Source: Neocallimastix sp. 'constans' (taxonomy: Eukaryota). From it: DNA of 64,000 nucleotides. Location of the stretch: assembly GCA_050613775.1 (NCBI GenBank), contig JBODTK010000156.1, forward strand, positions 248,001 through 312,000, in the 5' to 3' direction. Of the stretch, positions 1 through 12,080 are shown one piece after another. Under the pieces are notes generated by a model. It saw only the letters and a list, made by a program, of their open reading frames with translations. It ran no database searches and was not told the DNA's origin. Position 1 is the stretch's first letter. Each line of letters opens with the position of its first letter. Position numbers and translations under genes: made by a program.

Positions 1-22
1 TTTAATTCCAACAGCACTTGAA

Positions 23-2734
23 ATGATTGTTGGAAACGTACCATCTATTCTTGAAACAATAATTGATCAAAATAAAAATAATGAGGATGGAGATGAAAAG
101 ACCGAAATACTTCCTAAGGACATTCTCCTTGATGATAAAGATTTAGAACCAACTTCAGAAATATTAACTGGTCCAGAAGTTAAAGAAATGAATAAAAGAA
201 TTACTAACTTAGAAGATAATCTTAATAACGTTAAAAACGAAAATGAAGAATTAAAAACAAAGTTAGAAAATTACAATAATGTCAAAAATGAAAATCAATT
301 ATTAAAGAATGAATTGGAAACCTATAAAACTGCACTTAAAAAGAATTCAATTGGTAAATCTGATAGGATTAGTAAATTAAATGATGATATTAAGCGATTG
401 AAGAAGAGCATAAATATCATGAATCAATTGAATAAGAATCTTGAAACGGGAAACATTAATGATATGAGATCACTTAATGATCAATTACTTAAACAAAAGG
501 AAAAGGTTATTCAATTACAAAATATAGAATCTTTATCGCCTGAAGTTAGTAGTGATGAATTATATAGAATCAATAATAGAATAAATAACTTGAAGAATGT
601 TTTAGGCCAAATGAAGAATAATAAGACTATTAACAATAAGGAAATATCTGATAAACTTAAATCTTTTGCTATTAATGAAAAAGAAAATGAAGAAATTAAA
701 GAACTAAGAAGTAAATTAGAAAAATCTAATTATTGTATTAATGAACTTAAAGAAAAAACAAAACAATTGGAACAACAAAGTCAAATAAGTAATAGTCATG
801 TTGTTCAGGTCTTAAAGGATCTTAATCAAAATAGTGAATCAAAAATTAATATGGAAATCTTAAAGGATCTTAATCAAAATAGTGAATCAAAAATCAATAT
901 GGAAATCTTAAAGGATCTTAATCAAAATAGTGAATCAAAAATCAATATTGAAGATTCAGATGCAATCATTGATCCAAAGAATGAGAATGTATTAGATAAA
1001 GCAGGAAATTCAGATGTTGATTCATTTGTTGATGCTAAGAATAGTGATGGCAATATAAATAGATTAGATACCGATTCATCTGTTGATTCATTTGTTGATG
1101 CCAAGAATAGTGATGACAACACAATTAAATTAAATGTTGATTCATTTGTAGATGCCAAAGATGGTTCTAGTAGTATTACTAATAAATTAATTGCTGATTC
1201 ATTTGTTAATTCCAATAACGCTAATAAATTAAATAACAATGTTGATGCAAAGGAAGGATCAGAAAACACTAATAAATCAAACCTAAATAATAACAATAAT
1301 TTAGTTGATGATAATGTAGAAGTTGAATTAGACTCAAGAAGTATTCTTATTGCAGAAGCTAATGAATTTAAAAGGGAAAATCAATTATTAATAGAAGAAT
1401 TAGAAAAGTTAAAGAATATTATATCATCTAATAAGAAAGAACATTGGAATATTTCAAAAGAAAAAAGATCGTTACAAGATCAAGTTAAAAGGTTAAACAA
1501 AATTATTGAGAAAGATACTCAAACAATAAAGAAATCAGAAGGAACAATTCAACAATTAAATTCTGATAATGATAGTCTTAATGAAAGGATAAAAACGCTA
1601 ACTGAAGCATATGAAACCTTTAAGAAACTATATGAACAACAAAAAGCCAAAAACCAAAATGATATTCTTACTAAAGAAATAATAAAAGGACTTAATAAAG
1701 AAAAGCAAAGTGACAGAAAGAGATGTATTCCATTTACTGAAAATAAACGCCGTAGAATGGAATTAGCTAAGAGATTAAAGAAAGAAAATAACAATTTGGA
1801 AAATACTCCAAAAGAATTAATTACTATTAAGAGTGAAAAGAAAAAAGTCAATCCATTGGAAAGTAGTATTCAAAAAGAAATAGATTTATTACCAGAAATT
1901 AAACCAGTTAACTTTATTGGACACGTTTATAATTTACTTGGATATACAGTAACAACAACTTCTGTTCTTTTAAGTTTATTATTCTCTCGCGATTATCTTA
2001 ATGCTCAACGATTTGTTGATAAAAACAGACAAGTCTATCTCAACGAAGCAAAAGAAATTCCAACTCCTGGTCAACTTGTAAACAATAAATTAACAAATAC
2101 TTTAGTAAGTTCAATAGCTTTATTATTCCTTTTAAATATTTTGTATTGTAAAGGAAGAAACACAGAAAGTAATGAAAATGAAGACAATAAACAAAAAGAT
2201 GAAAAGAATAAATCAAATTCAAATTTAGAGGAAGAATTACCAGAAATTCCTAAAATAGAATTATTAGATGAAAATAGTTTTATTATCGACCCAAACAAAG
2301 ATACTGATAATCATACTGGTTTTAATGATAAATCAATATCAATGATAGAAATAATTGAAGATGTTAATGATTCAATGAATAGACAGTATTCTTTACTTGA
2401 TCAAATTCTACCAGAAGACCATTTAAACGATGTCAAAAAGTCCTTAGAAGACATTAAATTCAAAATTGGTGAACAAGAAAAGGAAGATACTGAAAAAGAA
2501 AACACTGAAAAAGAAAACACTGAAAAAGAAAACACTGAAAAAGAAAACACTAAAAAAGAAGGTGCTGAAAAAGAAGATGCTGAATCAAAAGATCATTCAA
2601 AAATAAATGAAAGTAAGAATTCTATCTTAATGGATGAGTTAAAAGTTGGAAATGGCAATCCAAACATTGAAATCAAATCTTTAATTGATGTAGTTGAATT
2701 TGAAGATAATATAACTGAATTAAAGGAAGATTAA
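23..2734 (+). CDS. Coiled-coil protein with two hydrophobic segments near the C-terminus; probably 5'-partial; function unknown
   Basis: 903-aa ORF whose frame is also open upstream to the window edge. K/E/N-rich heptad-like segments; hydrophobic stretches LLGYTVTTTSVLLSLLF and TLVSSIALLFLLNILYC; internal repeats LKDLNQNSESKIN x3, VDSFVDAK x3 and EKENT x4-5. Confidence 0.75.
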   Translation: MIVGNVPSILETIIDQNKNNEDGDEKTEILPKDILLDDKDLEPTSEILTGPEVKEMNKRITNLEDNLNNVKNENEELKTKLENYNNVKNENQLLKNELETYKTALKKNSIGKSDRISKLNDDIKRLKKSINIMNQLNKNLETGNINDMRSLNDQLLKQKEKVIQLQNIESLSPEVSSDELYRINNRINNLKNVLGQMKNNKTINNKEISDKLKSFAINEKENEEIKELRSKLEKSNYCINELKEKTKQLEQQSQISNSHVVQVLKDLNQNSESKINMEILKDLNQNSESKINMEILKDLNQNSESKINIEDSDAIIDPKNENVLDKAGNSDVDSFVDAKNSDGNINRLDTDSSVDSFVDAKNSDDNTIKLNVDSFVDAKDGSSSITNKLIADSFVNSNNANKLNNNVDAKEGSENTNKSNLNNNNNLVDDNVEVELDSRSILIAEANEFKRENQLLIEELEKLKNIISSNKKEHWNISKEKRSLQDQVKRLNKIIEKDTQTIKKSEGTIQQLNSDNDSLNERIKTLTEAYETFKKLYEQQKAKNQNDILTKEIIKGLNKEKQSDRKRCIPFTENKRRRMELAKRLKKENNNLENTPKELITIKSEKKKVNPLESSIQKEIDLLPEIKPVNFIGHVYNLLGYTVTTTSVLLSLLFSRDYLNAQRFVDKNRQVYLNEAKEIPTPGQLVNNKLTNTLVSSIALLFLLNILYCKGRNTESNENEDNKQKDEKNKSNSNLEEELPEIPKIELLDENSFIIDPNKDTDNHTGFNDKSISMIEIIEDVNDSMNRQYSLLDQILPEDHLNDVKKSLEDIKFKIGEQEKEDTEKENTEKENTEKENTEKENTKKEGAEKEDAESKDHSKINESKNSILMDELKVGNGNPNIEIKSLIDVVEFEDNITELKED
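811..948 (+). repeat. Coding tandem repeat, 48-bp unit x3
   Basis: cttaaaggatcttaatcaaaatagtgaatcaaaaat starts at 811, 859 and 907. Confidence 0.9.
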
Positions 2735-3344
2735 TTAGATTTTCTTTAAAAATCAGAATTAGAAGGAAAAAAATCTAATTAAATTATACATTTTAAATAA
2801 TAAAAATAATAAAAAAAATAAAAAAAAAAAAAAATAATAATAATAAATAAATAAATAAATAAAAAATAATAATAAATAAAAATAAAAAACATCAAAAATT
2901 AATATAAACTAAACCAAAACAAACCAAATCAAAAAAAAAAAAAAAAAAAAAAAAAAGAAATCCAAACTAAAATAAAATAAAAATAAAAAAAAAATAAGAT
3001 ATAAAAATATCCCAAATATAATCAATATTATTTATTGAATAATACTTTTTTTACATAAATTAAAAAAAAAAAAATAAAAATAAAAAAAATAAAAAAAAAT
3101 GGTAATAAGAATTAAAGTAATTGAAATTTTCTTATTATCTGTAGATTAAACAAATTTATAGTAAAGAAAAGATATTATCAAAAACCAAACATTAAACCAT
3201 TTATAATATTAAGGAAGAAGAATATTAACGAAAGTAAAATATTTTTAGAAAGGAAAAAGCAATTTAACAAAAAGATTATTTCATTATGAAATAGTAAACA
3301 AGAACATATTATGTAAATTTTCATTAAAAAATGAATATTAAAAC

Positions 3345-3376
<32 letters not shown>

Positions 3377-3412
3377 TAGAAATAATAGTAAATTAGTATG
3401 AAGTTTTTTTTT

Positions 3413-3457
<45 letters not shown>

Positions 3458-3656
3458 TTATTTCATTAATTTTTTTTATTTATTTAATCAAAAAATTTTA
3501 TATAATACAAACTTATCAATATTTTAAAAAAAAATTTATATTTATATTTTTTTTTTCAATATTCTCATAAATATAATAAATATTTTAATTATTCATATTA
3601 TTATATAAATCATAATATATATATATATTTTTATTTAAATTAATAAATAAATAATA

Positions 3657-3690
<34 letters not shown>

Positions 3691-3949
3691 CGTAATTATT
3701 TTTTTATATAAAGTATTAGTATTTTTTTCAAATTAAAGCATTTTTATTTTCTAATAAATTTTTTATTTATATATTTATTTATTTATTTATTTAACTATTA
3801 GAAATGTTTATAATGAGTTCGTTATTTTTTAATAAAAATATTAGTTTCCTAAATGTTTTCACGAATTTCGAATGAAATTTTTTATTTATATTGAAATTCT
3901 TTTTGAAAAATTTTTTTTAATTTTTTTATAAACATTGAAATTCTCTTTG

Positions 3950-4000
<51 letters not shown>

Positions 4001-4222
4001 TTAATTACTAAATATTTTCTAATGTCAAATAGTTATTCTGCATTATTCATATTTGTGATGACAGTTATGAATGAATAATGTAGGGTAGATGGAAAAACAT
4101 TATTGATTTAAATTATAAAAAAGGAGTGGGATGTTTAAGAACCAAATCATACAAGAAATTTAAATTTGATTTTAAAAAATTTATTCAACGTCAATCTCTA
4201 AAATATTTATAATTTTCTCTTC

Positions 4223-4263
<41 letters not shown>

Positions 4264-4468
4264 GGATTTGATGAATAAAATGTAGATTCAAATTTGATGT
4301 GAAATTTTATGTAAAAAATAAACTAATATACGAAATTGTCCATTATGTTGTTCATGTTGTGATATATGCAACAGCATACCTAGTTTTACACACTGAATAC
4401 TTTTATGTCCTAAATTTGAATAATTTAGGCAATAGTTCATTTCATTTATTGATGAAATATTTTATTAT

Positions 4469-4620
4469 TTTTTTTTTTTTTTTTCTGATTGTTCATGAAA
4501 AATCATTGACCATTCCTACAGGCGCTCTTGCGGCGACGATGCATAGAGGACGGGGAACGAGCTAGCAACTGGTGGCGGTTGGGTTCCCTAGAGTCTCTAG
4601 TCATATCACAAGTGACGCGT
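4469..4620 (-). mobile_element. GC-rich 3' end of a poly(A)-tailed retroelement (SINE or LINE 3' UTR)
   Basis: About 135 bp of GC-rich sequence in very AT-rich DNA, bounded by a T-run (A-tail on the minus strand). Its terminal 24 bp recur inverted at 7885-7908. Confidence 0.5.
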
Positions 4621-4629
4621 AGTTTATTT

Positions 4630-4860
4630 CATATTTTATAGGGCTTACAGAATTTCTTACTAATGTCATGCCTATTGTGGTTAGTGATATTAATTTGTAT
4701 ACTGTTAGACTTAATGGTTTTCAAGAATGTTGATATTAAAACGATATAAGCAAAGAAGAAATTCTGAAACAGGTTCAAATGATAATTTCTATCCACATGG
4801 AGTTATCATCGATGAAAGAGAAGAGTTAGAGGCCATTACATCCTCGAAACCCATAGCCTA
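4630..4860 (+). mobile_element. Decayed LINE ORF2 C-terminal fragment
   Basis: Translates to YFIGLTEFLTNVMP...HGVIIDEREELEAITS, matching FAEFLTNVIP...HGIIIEEWEKLEAIAS of the LINE at 6610-6882. Confidence 0.7.
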
Positions 4861-5193
4861 ATTTTTTAATACTAGGTATAATAAAATAATAAATATAACC
4901 ATGAGTTATATATAAATGGATGAGGTTTAAAATATTTTTCAATCAATAATTATTGTTTGTAGATGGAAAAATATTTTAAAGTTATTAAAACTTCTATAAT
5001 TAATATTATAATGATGAAAAAATCCTTATATATAAATTTCTTTTGAAAATTTGGATTTTAGGAGGAAGTAGATAAAATAAAATAAAAATTATAAAGTATT
5101 AAAGAAAAGTTACTTAACTAATTCTTTGAGCTAATTATTTAAAAATAATATAATAAAATAGTTTAATAGTGAAAATTAATAAAAATTAACCTT

Positions 5194-5229
<36 letters not shown>

Positions 5230-5872
5230 AACTGAAATATTGAACCTTAATCAATTATAAAACAATTTATATTATTTATTAATAAGTTTAAACGACAAGA
5301 ATAATATAATTAATTATAAAAACAATCAATTTTAATACCCCAAGATTATGATTTATCAGGTGCACCAATATATAATTAACAATTTATTTTAATAGTTATC
5401 GCTAAAACTACAAAGCGAAAATATATAAAAGTTAGCGCTAATCTATAAATCGGATTATAATTGTATGTGATGTAAAATCCAATATATATAAGAGGTATTC
5501 ACAAAAAATTGAGATGGTATAATATCTCCCTTCAAGAAAAAGGTTTCCATCATATAAATGGTAATATATAATCTATAAATTATAAAAGATGTTTTAGGTA
5601 CATCTAATATTAATGGTGTAATAATATTAAATATTTAGTTTTAGGGGGAAATTATTAGATTATAAATATATTTAAGAAATTATTTTAGCAATATTTAAAC
5701 TGAATTAAATAATTGATTTAATGTAAAAAATACTTTTATTCATGTAAAATTAAAGGTTAATTTAGAATAGAAACATATATAACAATTTAATAATATTAAG
5801 TTAATATTATAAGATAGGATAATTTTATATACACATATTCACCAATTTATTCATTATTGAATAACTAGGTTT

Positions 5873-6061
5873 AAGGGGAAATGTTAGAATATGTGAAATG
5901 TATGAAAAATAAGCTTCAAATGTATTGAAACATATTGTAATATATTAATGTATAAATATAAAAACATTTAATTTAGAATAATAAAGTGCTAGTAACTCTT
6001 TATCATAAAATATATTAATAAAATTGACATAATTATAAACCATAAATTCCTGACTCTTAAC

Positions 6062-6062
<1 letters not shown>
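5873..6062 (+). mobile_element. Copia-type 3' LTR (5882-6062, 181 bp) with polypurine tract
   Basis: PPT aaggggaaa at 5873-5881, then TGTTAG...TTAACA termini. The 3' end tgactcttaaca resembles that of the LTR ending at 48548. Confidence 0.7.
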
Positions 6063-6142
<80 letters not shown>

Positions 6143-6267
6143 GCAAAATAAAATTATAATAAAATTATATAATTCATAGTAATAATAAAAAGAAAAAGAC
6201 CCACATAAAAACTTAATGACAAATTATGAAATAGTGAAAATAGACTCACTAGAAAGTGATTAAAAAA

Positions 6268-6330
6268 TTTTTTTTTTTTTAGACTTGGAAGAGAATATAC
6301 TTCCAGTGCTTTATTAAATAGATTAATATT
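6268..6330 (-). mobile_element. Isolated LINE 3' terminus with poly(A)
   Basis: Minus strand ends AAGTCT-poly(A), as does the LINE at ~6502; hairpin tggaag/cttcca at 6286-6305. Confidence 0.5.
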
Positions 6331-6468
6331 TTTATGTATTATATTTATTAAAAAAAAAAATACATTATATAATTTAAAGATAAAAAATAAAATGTATGTA
6401 AAAGAAATTGATAAATAACATTAATAAAATAGTAATAAATCAACTTCTTTCCACAAAAATATATACAA

Positions 6469-6474
<6 letters not shown>

Positions 6475-6505
<31 letters not shown>

Positions 6506-7824
6506 CTTAGAGAAAACTTTATTTATTTTAAAAAAATAATAAAATTACATGATTTTAAAGAAAAAAAAAATAATAAAATACATGAAATAAAATATTATAT
6601 ATTATAAAATTATAAAAGTGCGTTAGAAGCAATAGCCTCTAACTTTTCCCATTCCTCGATAATAATACCATGTCCATTATTGCGAGTAATAATTTCAGTA
6701 TTAGTGTTATCAATCGAATCTGTATCTGGAGGTGAAAATCCATGCCTTATCATTTCGACGTCGACGCTCTTGGTAACGGTAGATTCAACGGAATACCATT
6801 TCATCATCAAACTAAAAGATCGACAAATAAATGGTATTACGTTTGTTAAAAACTCCGCAAATCCCCACAAAATACGGAACATTTGACGAAGTTGAACTTT
6901 GTTTAAAAATACTGTTAACTAATTGTCTTTGTTCCCCGTCATTAACTTTAATTTTTGAATATATTGAACGCCCACCAAGAAGTGCAAACAATATATAATA
7001 ATAGATATTATTATCATAATCCTTTTCTGAATCAAAAGAAACATTCAAGGATTTTTGTTCAATTATCATTGCAAACTTCAAAAAGAGATCATCTAGAAAA
7101 GGTAAAGATTTATTTCTGTAATTTTCCAATTCTTTACAGGCAAAGATCCAGTGAGAAAAGCTAGGTTCACTAACACCATAACAAGGGCAACATTTAAGGT
7201 AATCTTCTGAGACGATTTTTCTTTTAGTGGAAATACTAATGTCAAATTTAAAACCACCCCTAATTCGAGAAATCCAAAAGAATCCCAACTGATACTTAGG
7301 ATATTAAAATGTTAAGTTTCTGATTTCTGAAATAAATCCAAAATCATTCTCCTTGTAAATAATTGCTTTTTTTGGCTTTTGAGGTTTTGAAGACATCTCT
7401 TTCCCAATAAAACTTTTTTTATTTCATTTGTTTTCTTACCATTTAATTTCTTATCCAAAGCCCTTGATTCTTTAGTCCATGAGTAATGTGACATAGTAGG
7501 AATATTATTAGTGAGATGATTAATAATACATGATGAATTTTTCCATTTTCTAAAGCATCGTAATTGAGATATTGCACAGATAGCTGAAAGAGGAGGTATT
7601 CTCAATTCACGAGTAATATTATAGAGACTAACAGAAGAATTGCGAGATTTAAATCCATAACCCCAATAAAGTCCTCAATTAATAATTTTTTGAGCTTTAG
7701 AACATCTGCTCTTATTTGAACCAAAGAGAGGAGCATAATATATAACAAGACTAAGAATAAACAAAATTAAAAACATATTTCTTCAATGGGAGAGGAATAG
7801 ATTTATTAATAAGAAATCGAAAGT
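6475..7824 (-). mobile_element. 5'-truncated, frameshifted non-LTR retrotransposon (LINE): ORF2 3' part, 3' UTR and poly(A)
   Basis: Broken ORFs give YYAPLFGSNK...ELRIPPLSAICAISQLRCFRKWK and a CCHC-type finger CCPC..SFSHWIFAC. T-run at 6472-6502. The direct repeat tatatacaatacttt flanks it at 6460-6474 and 7825-7839 (TSD). Confidence 0.88.
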
Positions 7825-8015
7825 TATATACAATACTTTAAAATTAATATTCAAAATCTTTCGCTATTTCAACAAGAATGCTTAAATGATTTTTCATGAA
7901 CATTCAGAGAAAAATTAATAAAAATTTCATTAATAAATGGAATGAATTGTATAAATTTATAGTAATAATAAAAAGCGAAATACAAGTATAAAAAATTATA
8001 AAATTATATAATCCA

Positions 8016-8052
<37 letters not shown>

Positions 8053-8640
8053 GTACAAGACACATATATAAATATTTTCTTTCATTTTTATTTTTTTTTT
8101 ATTTTTATTTTTTTTTTTTTTTTATTTATTTTTTTTTTTTTTATTATTATTATTAATTGGTTTGAAATTTTTTTATTTGTTGAATTTCTTTTTTATTATT
8201 TTTATTATTAATATTTATTTTTTATTATATTATTTAGTATTATTAGTATTAATTTTTATTATTATTATTATTATTGTTATTAATTATTTTGATTTATTTA
8301 AAAATTATAATTACTTTTTAATTATATTTTAATCTATGGTTATCAATTTCATTATTATTATTTTTATAGGTTACATTTTTTAAATCCATAATAAAAATAT
8401 AATAATGAATTATAATATTTTTGAATTAATTGTTGGTATAAATATTTATGATTTTTTTTGGGATTTATTTAAGAAATAAAAATAATTTAAAAAAAAAAAA
8501 AAAAAAATACGAGAAAGAAAAAAACTGTAATTTTTTTTTTTTTTTTTATTTATTTCTTGAATAAAATTTCCTTTCTTTTTATTTTTTATTTAATTATTAT
8601 TATTATTATTATTATTATTAAAACTAATAATTTAAAATAT

Positions 8641-11173
8641 TTATTCATCATCTTCTTCAAGAATATCTTTACGTAATTTTCCTTCTAAAGTCAAGGTCTT
8701 TCCGGTGATACGATGATAAAGATCCTTAACATCATCACTAACAGTTTCAAAGTGACTAGTGGCATCGTAAGACTTGGAAATGAAGACATGATCAGCGGTA
8801 CCATCAGCTAATGGTTGATATAAATCAGAAATTTCAATGAATTTTTCTTCATAATCACCTAATAACTTAACAGCTTCAGCAATTTCTTCTTCTGGGTTAG
8901 CTGTTTCAATGATGGTACTAACCATAGCAATGTAGTGATCTGGAGCAGCAACCTTGTGTGCGCTAGAAACACAGGTAATGTAAATATCTTTTTATAATTT
9001 TTAAATGGAAAATAAATTATTTTAAATATTAATTAATAAATAATTAAAAGTAAAAGTAAAAGTAAAAAATTAGCATAAAATTATAATAAATAATATAAAT
9101 TAAATTAAAATTAATTAATATTTAATTAACAAATTTTACAAATTTACAGAATAAGTAAATTTTAATTTTTGTTTATAATTACCATGTTGACGGTTAAGTT
9201 GTTTTTGTGGAATAATAATTTGAGCAGAGTCTGCATTATTAGTATCAGCAAGTGGGTGCTTTAATAAGAAAATAGCACGAATAACTTGACCGTTCTTTTG
9301 AACCTTATCCTTGAAGTAACTTGGATCACCAACAATAGTAGTAGCTTTAGCAACCTAATTAAAAAATAAATAAAAAATATTTATAAATATATAATATTTA
9401 AAGATAAAATATAAAGTTAATTCTTAATTTTCTTAATTTTCTTAATAATTATTTCTATAATAATAATAATAATTACCTTTCCATCACTCTTAATACCAGC
9501 AGCAACACCATTCTCATAAACAATTTCATCAACCTTGGTGTTAAGCATGTATGTACCACCATAGATAGCACTTAATCTTTAATATTTAATATTTAATATA
9601 TTACATAATAAAAGTTTAACAAAATATTTAAATTTTAAAATTTAGCATAAAATTAAAATATCTTAATATTCATTATATATACCTAGCAAAACCTTGAGAA
9701 AGTTCACCTAAACCATATAATGGATAAATAAATGGACTCTTACCATAACGAATAACAGAGTTCATGTATAAAACAATTTTTTGGAAAGTTTCTTTGAATG
9801 GTTTTTCAAGATAGTCATCATCGAAGTAAAGAGCTAAAGCATGACCACATAAGTCACAAGTACTACCTTCTAAGTTGAACTTTTGGTAAATTTCCTTCAT
9901 TGGAACCTTTTCCCAATCTAAACCTATTTTTAAATAATTAAATATGTTTTTATTTTATTTAATTTTATTTTTTTTTTTTTTCTGATTAATTAAATGATAA
10001 TTTTTATTTATGCATTTTATATTATAACTTATAGTTATTATTTACCTTCAGTAGTAGATGGATCATCGATATTATATTTTTGAATGAATTCGAATAACTT
10101 TCTTAAGTTGTTCTTTTCGTTAAGACTGAAAATTGAAGTAGTTAAAGCTTCCTTTTCATTAGCTGGAACCTTAACAATCTTACCGTTTTGGTAAACATAA
10201 GAACCTTCAATTTGCTTAAATTTGAAATACCTAAATTATAACAAAATATATATATATAAATAAATTAGTAAAATTAAAAAAAATTATTGCTTATTTTATT
10301 TTAAGGTAATAAGTTTATAAATAAATTTTTATTTACTTGGTAACATCAGTATAAACAAGCATTTGAATGAAGTCACCAGCAGACATAGAAAACTTTGGAA
10401 CAAGATCAATATTGTAATCTCTTGGACGACCAAAGCTTTCACTTGGAGCGCCAGACTTTCCAAACTTTTCGTAAAGCTACAATATTAAATAGAAATCAAC
10501 ATTTCATTTATTTTAAATAAATATTAAGATATTATAAAAGAACATATTAAAATATTTCATATTTTCATTAAATTTCTTTTTAATTTATAGCAAAAAAAAT
10601 ATTTACTTGAGTCAAGTTTAAGGAAGCGCATTCACCACCATAGTAGTTGTTACTGTCAAGATGTAAAACCTTTTTACCTTCAACAGATAATAAACCAGAG
10701 ATAATACATTCGGTTAAACCAGTACCGAGAACAATAACATCATATGATTCTTCCTGTTGATAATAACATAAATATAGTAAGTGTGTTGAAAAAAAAAAAA
10801 AAAAAATTATCATTTCATAATTTTTAGATATAAATTTATAAATTTATTTTTAAATATCATTATGTTTTTGTTTACAATAATTTTGTTTTATTTTTTAAAA
10901 AATATTTTTTTTATAAACAAAATACAATAAATATAAAATATAAAAAATATATATATATATTTATATATTAGAATAAAAATATAAAAATACAATAAATATA
11001 GATATTATTAAAAATATTGAATATAAATAAATAAATAAATAAATACAAATAATATAATTATTAAGATAAATAAACAGAAATTTATTAAATTTAAATAAAA
11101 TAAAATAAAATAAAATAAATTTCAATATTATTCACACAAAGGTTGTATATAATTTTTAACTTTATTTCTCTCT

Positions 11174-11212
<39 letters not shown>

Positions 11213-11321
11213 TCTCTTACTATTATTTTATTATTTAATATTATTTATACTTCTCATTATTTATTCATTTTAATACTTATTATTTATATAAATATAGTTA
11301 TTCAAAAATTGATCTTACCAT
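8641..11321 (-). CDS. GDI1: Rab GDP-dissociation inhibitor, 8 coding exons, about 444 aa
   Basis: Exons (minus): 11321-11319 (ATG only), 10753-10607, 10476-10337, 10230-10046, 9923-9683, 9576-9477, 9354-9183, 8987-8641. All introns are GT-AG and in phase; total 1335 nt. Motifs [74 protein letters not shown]. Confidence 0.97.
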
Positions 11322-11854
11322 TTTGTCTTGGGTTGGTTAATTAAAAAAGCTAATTTAAAAAGTTAAATAAATCAAAATAGTTTATAAAAATAAATTCTTT
11401 GTTCAATAAAAGAAAAAAAAACAATAATAATAAATATTTATTTAGTATTTGATTTTTTTTTTTTCTCTTAAATTTTGTTTATTATTAATAATAAAAATAA
11501 TAAAATATAGTTTTTTAAAAAAAAAAAAGAAAAAATATTTTCAATATATTTAATGATTCTTAAATAGTATCTTTTTTTTTTAGGTAATTACTATGATTTA
11601 ATAAAATTTTAATATTTATTAAATATTTATCATTTATTCTTTTATTATTTAATATACAGTTAATATAATAATTGCAAAATATAAATTAAATAATATATTG
11701 TGAAAATTTTATTTATTATCAAATTAATGGTCCATATAGTAAATAATATAAATAATACAAAAATTAAAAAAAAAAAAAATATGAAATATTAAATCAATAA
11801 TGTTATATATTATAATACATGTAGTAAATAATAATAATTAGAATATATATATAT

Positions 11855-12080
11855 ATTTTTAGACTATGATCAACGAGAAAAGAGGACAATAGGGCCTTAT
11901 ACGTATCTGACTTTCAATGAATTCTTTGCCATACCATTTCGGCGTCGATGCGAACCTTTCTCTTAGGAAGACTAATACAAAAGACATTCTATATGCGGTT
12001 TTAAACGAAAGGCTTCTTTTCAGTGAACCTCTTGAACCATCATCGAGGGAGGAACAACTACACTAATCCTCTCACACATC
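11855..12080 (-). mobile_element. Short LINE-related 3' fragment upstream of GDI1
   Basis: GC-richer island ending AGTCT-A(n) on the minus strand. Encodes RIDAEMVWQR, similar to the LINE C-termini SVDVEMIRHG (~6750) and RVNVK*IWQR (~57520-57550). Confidence 0.55.

Noticed and set aside
922..2298. Minus-strand ORFs overlapping the first gene (also 27138-27494, 29208-29630, 35826-36260)
   Set aside because: Antisense shadows of real coding sequence.
3800..4450. Possible decayed DNA transposon (direct repeat attgaaattct; VDGK-like bits also at ~4960)
   Set aside because: Too degenerate to support any family or boundary.
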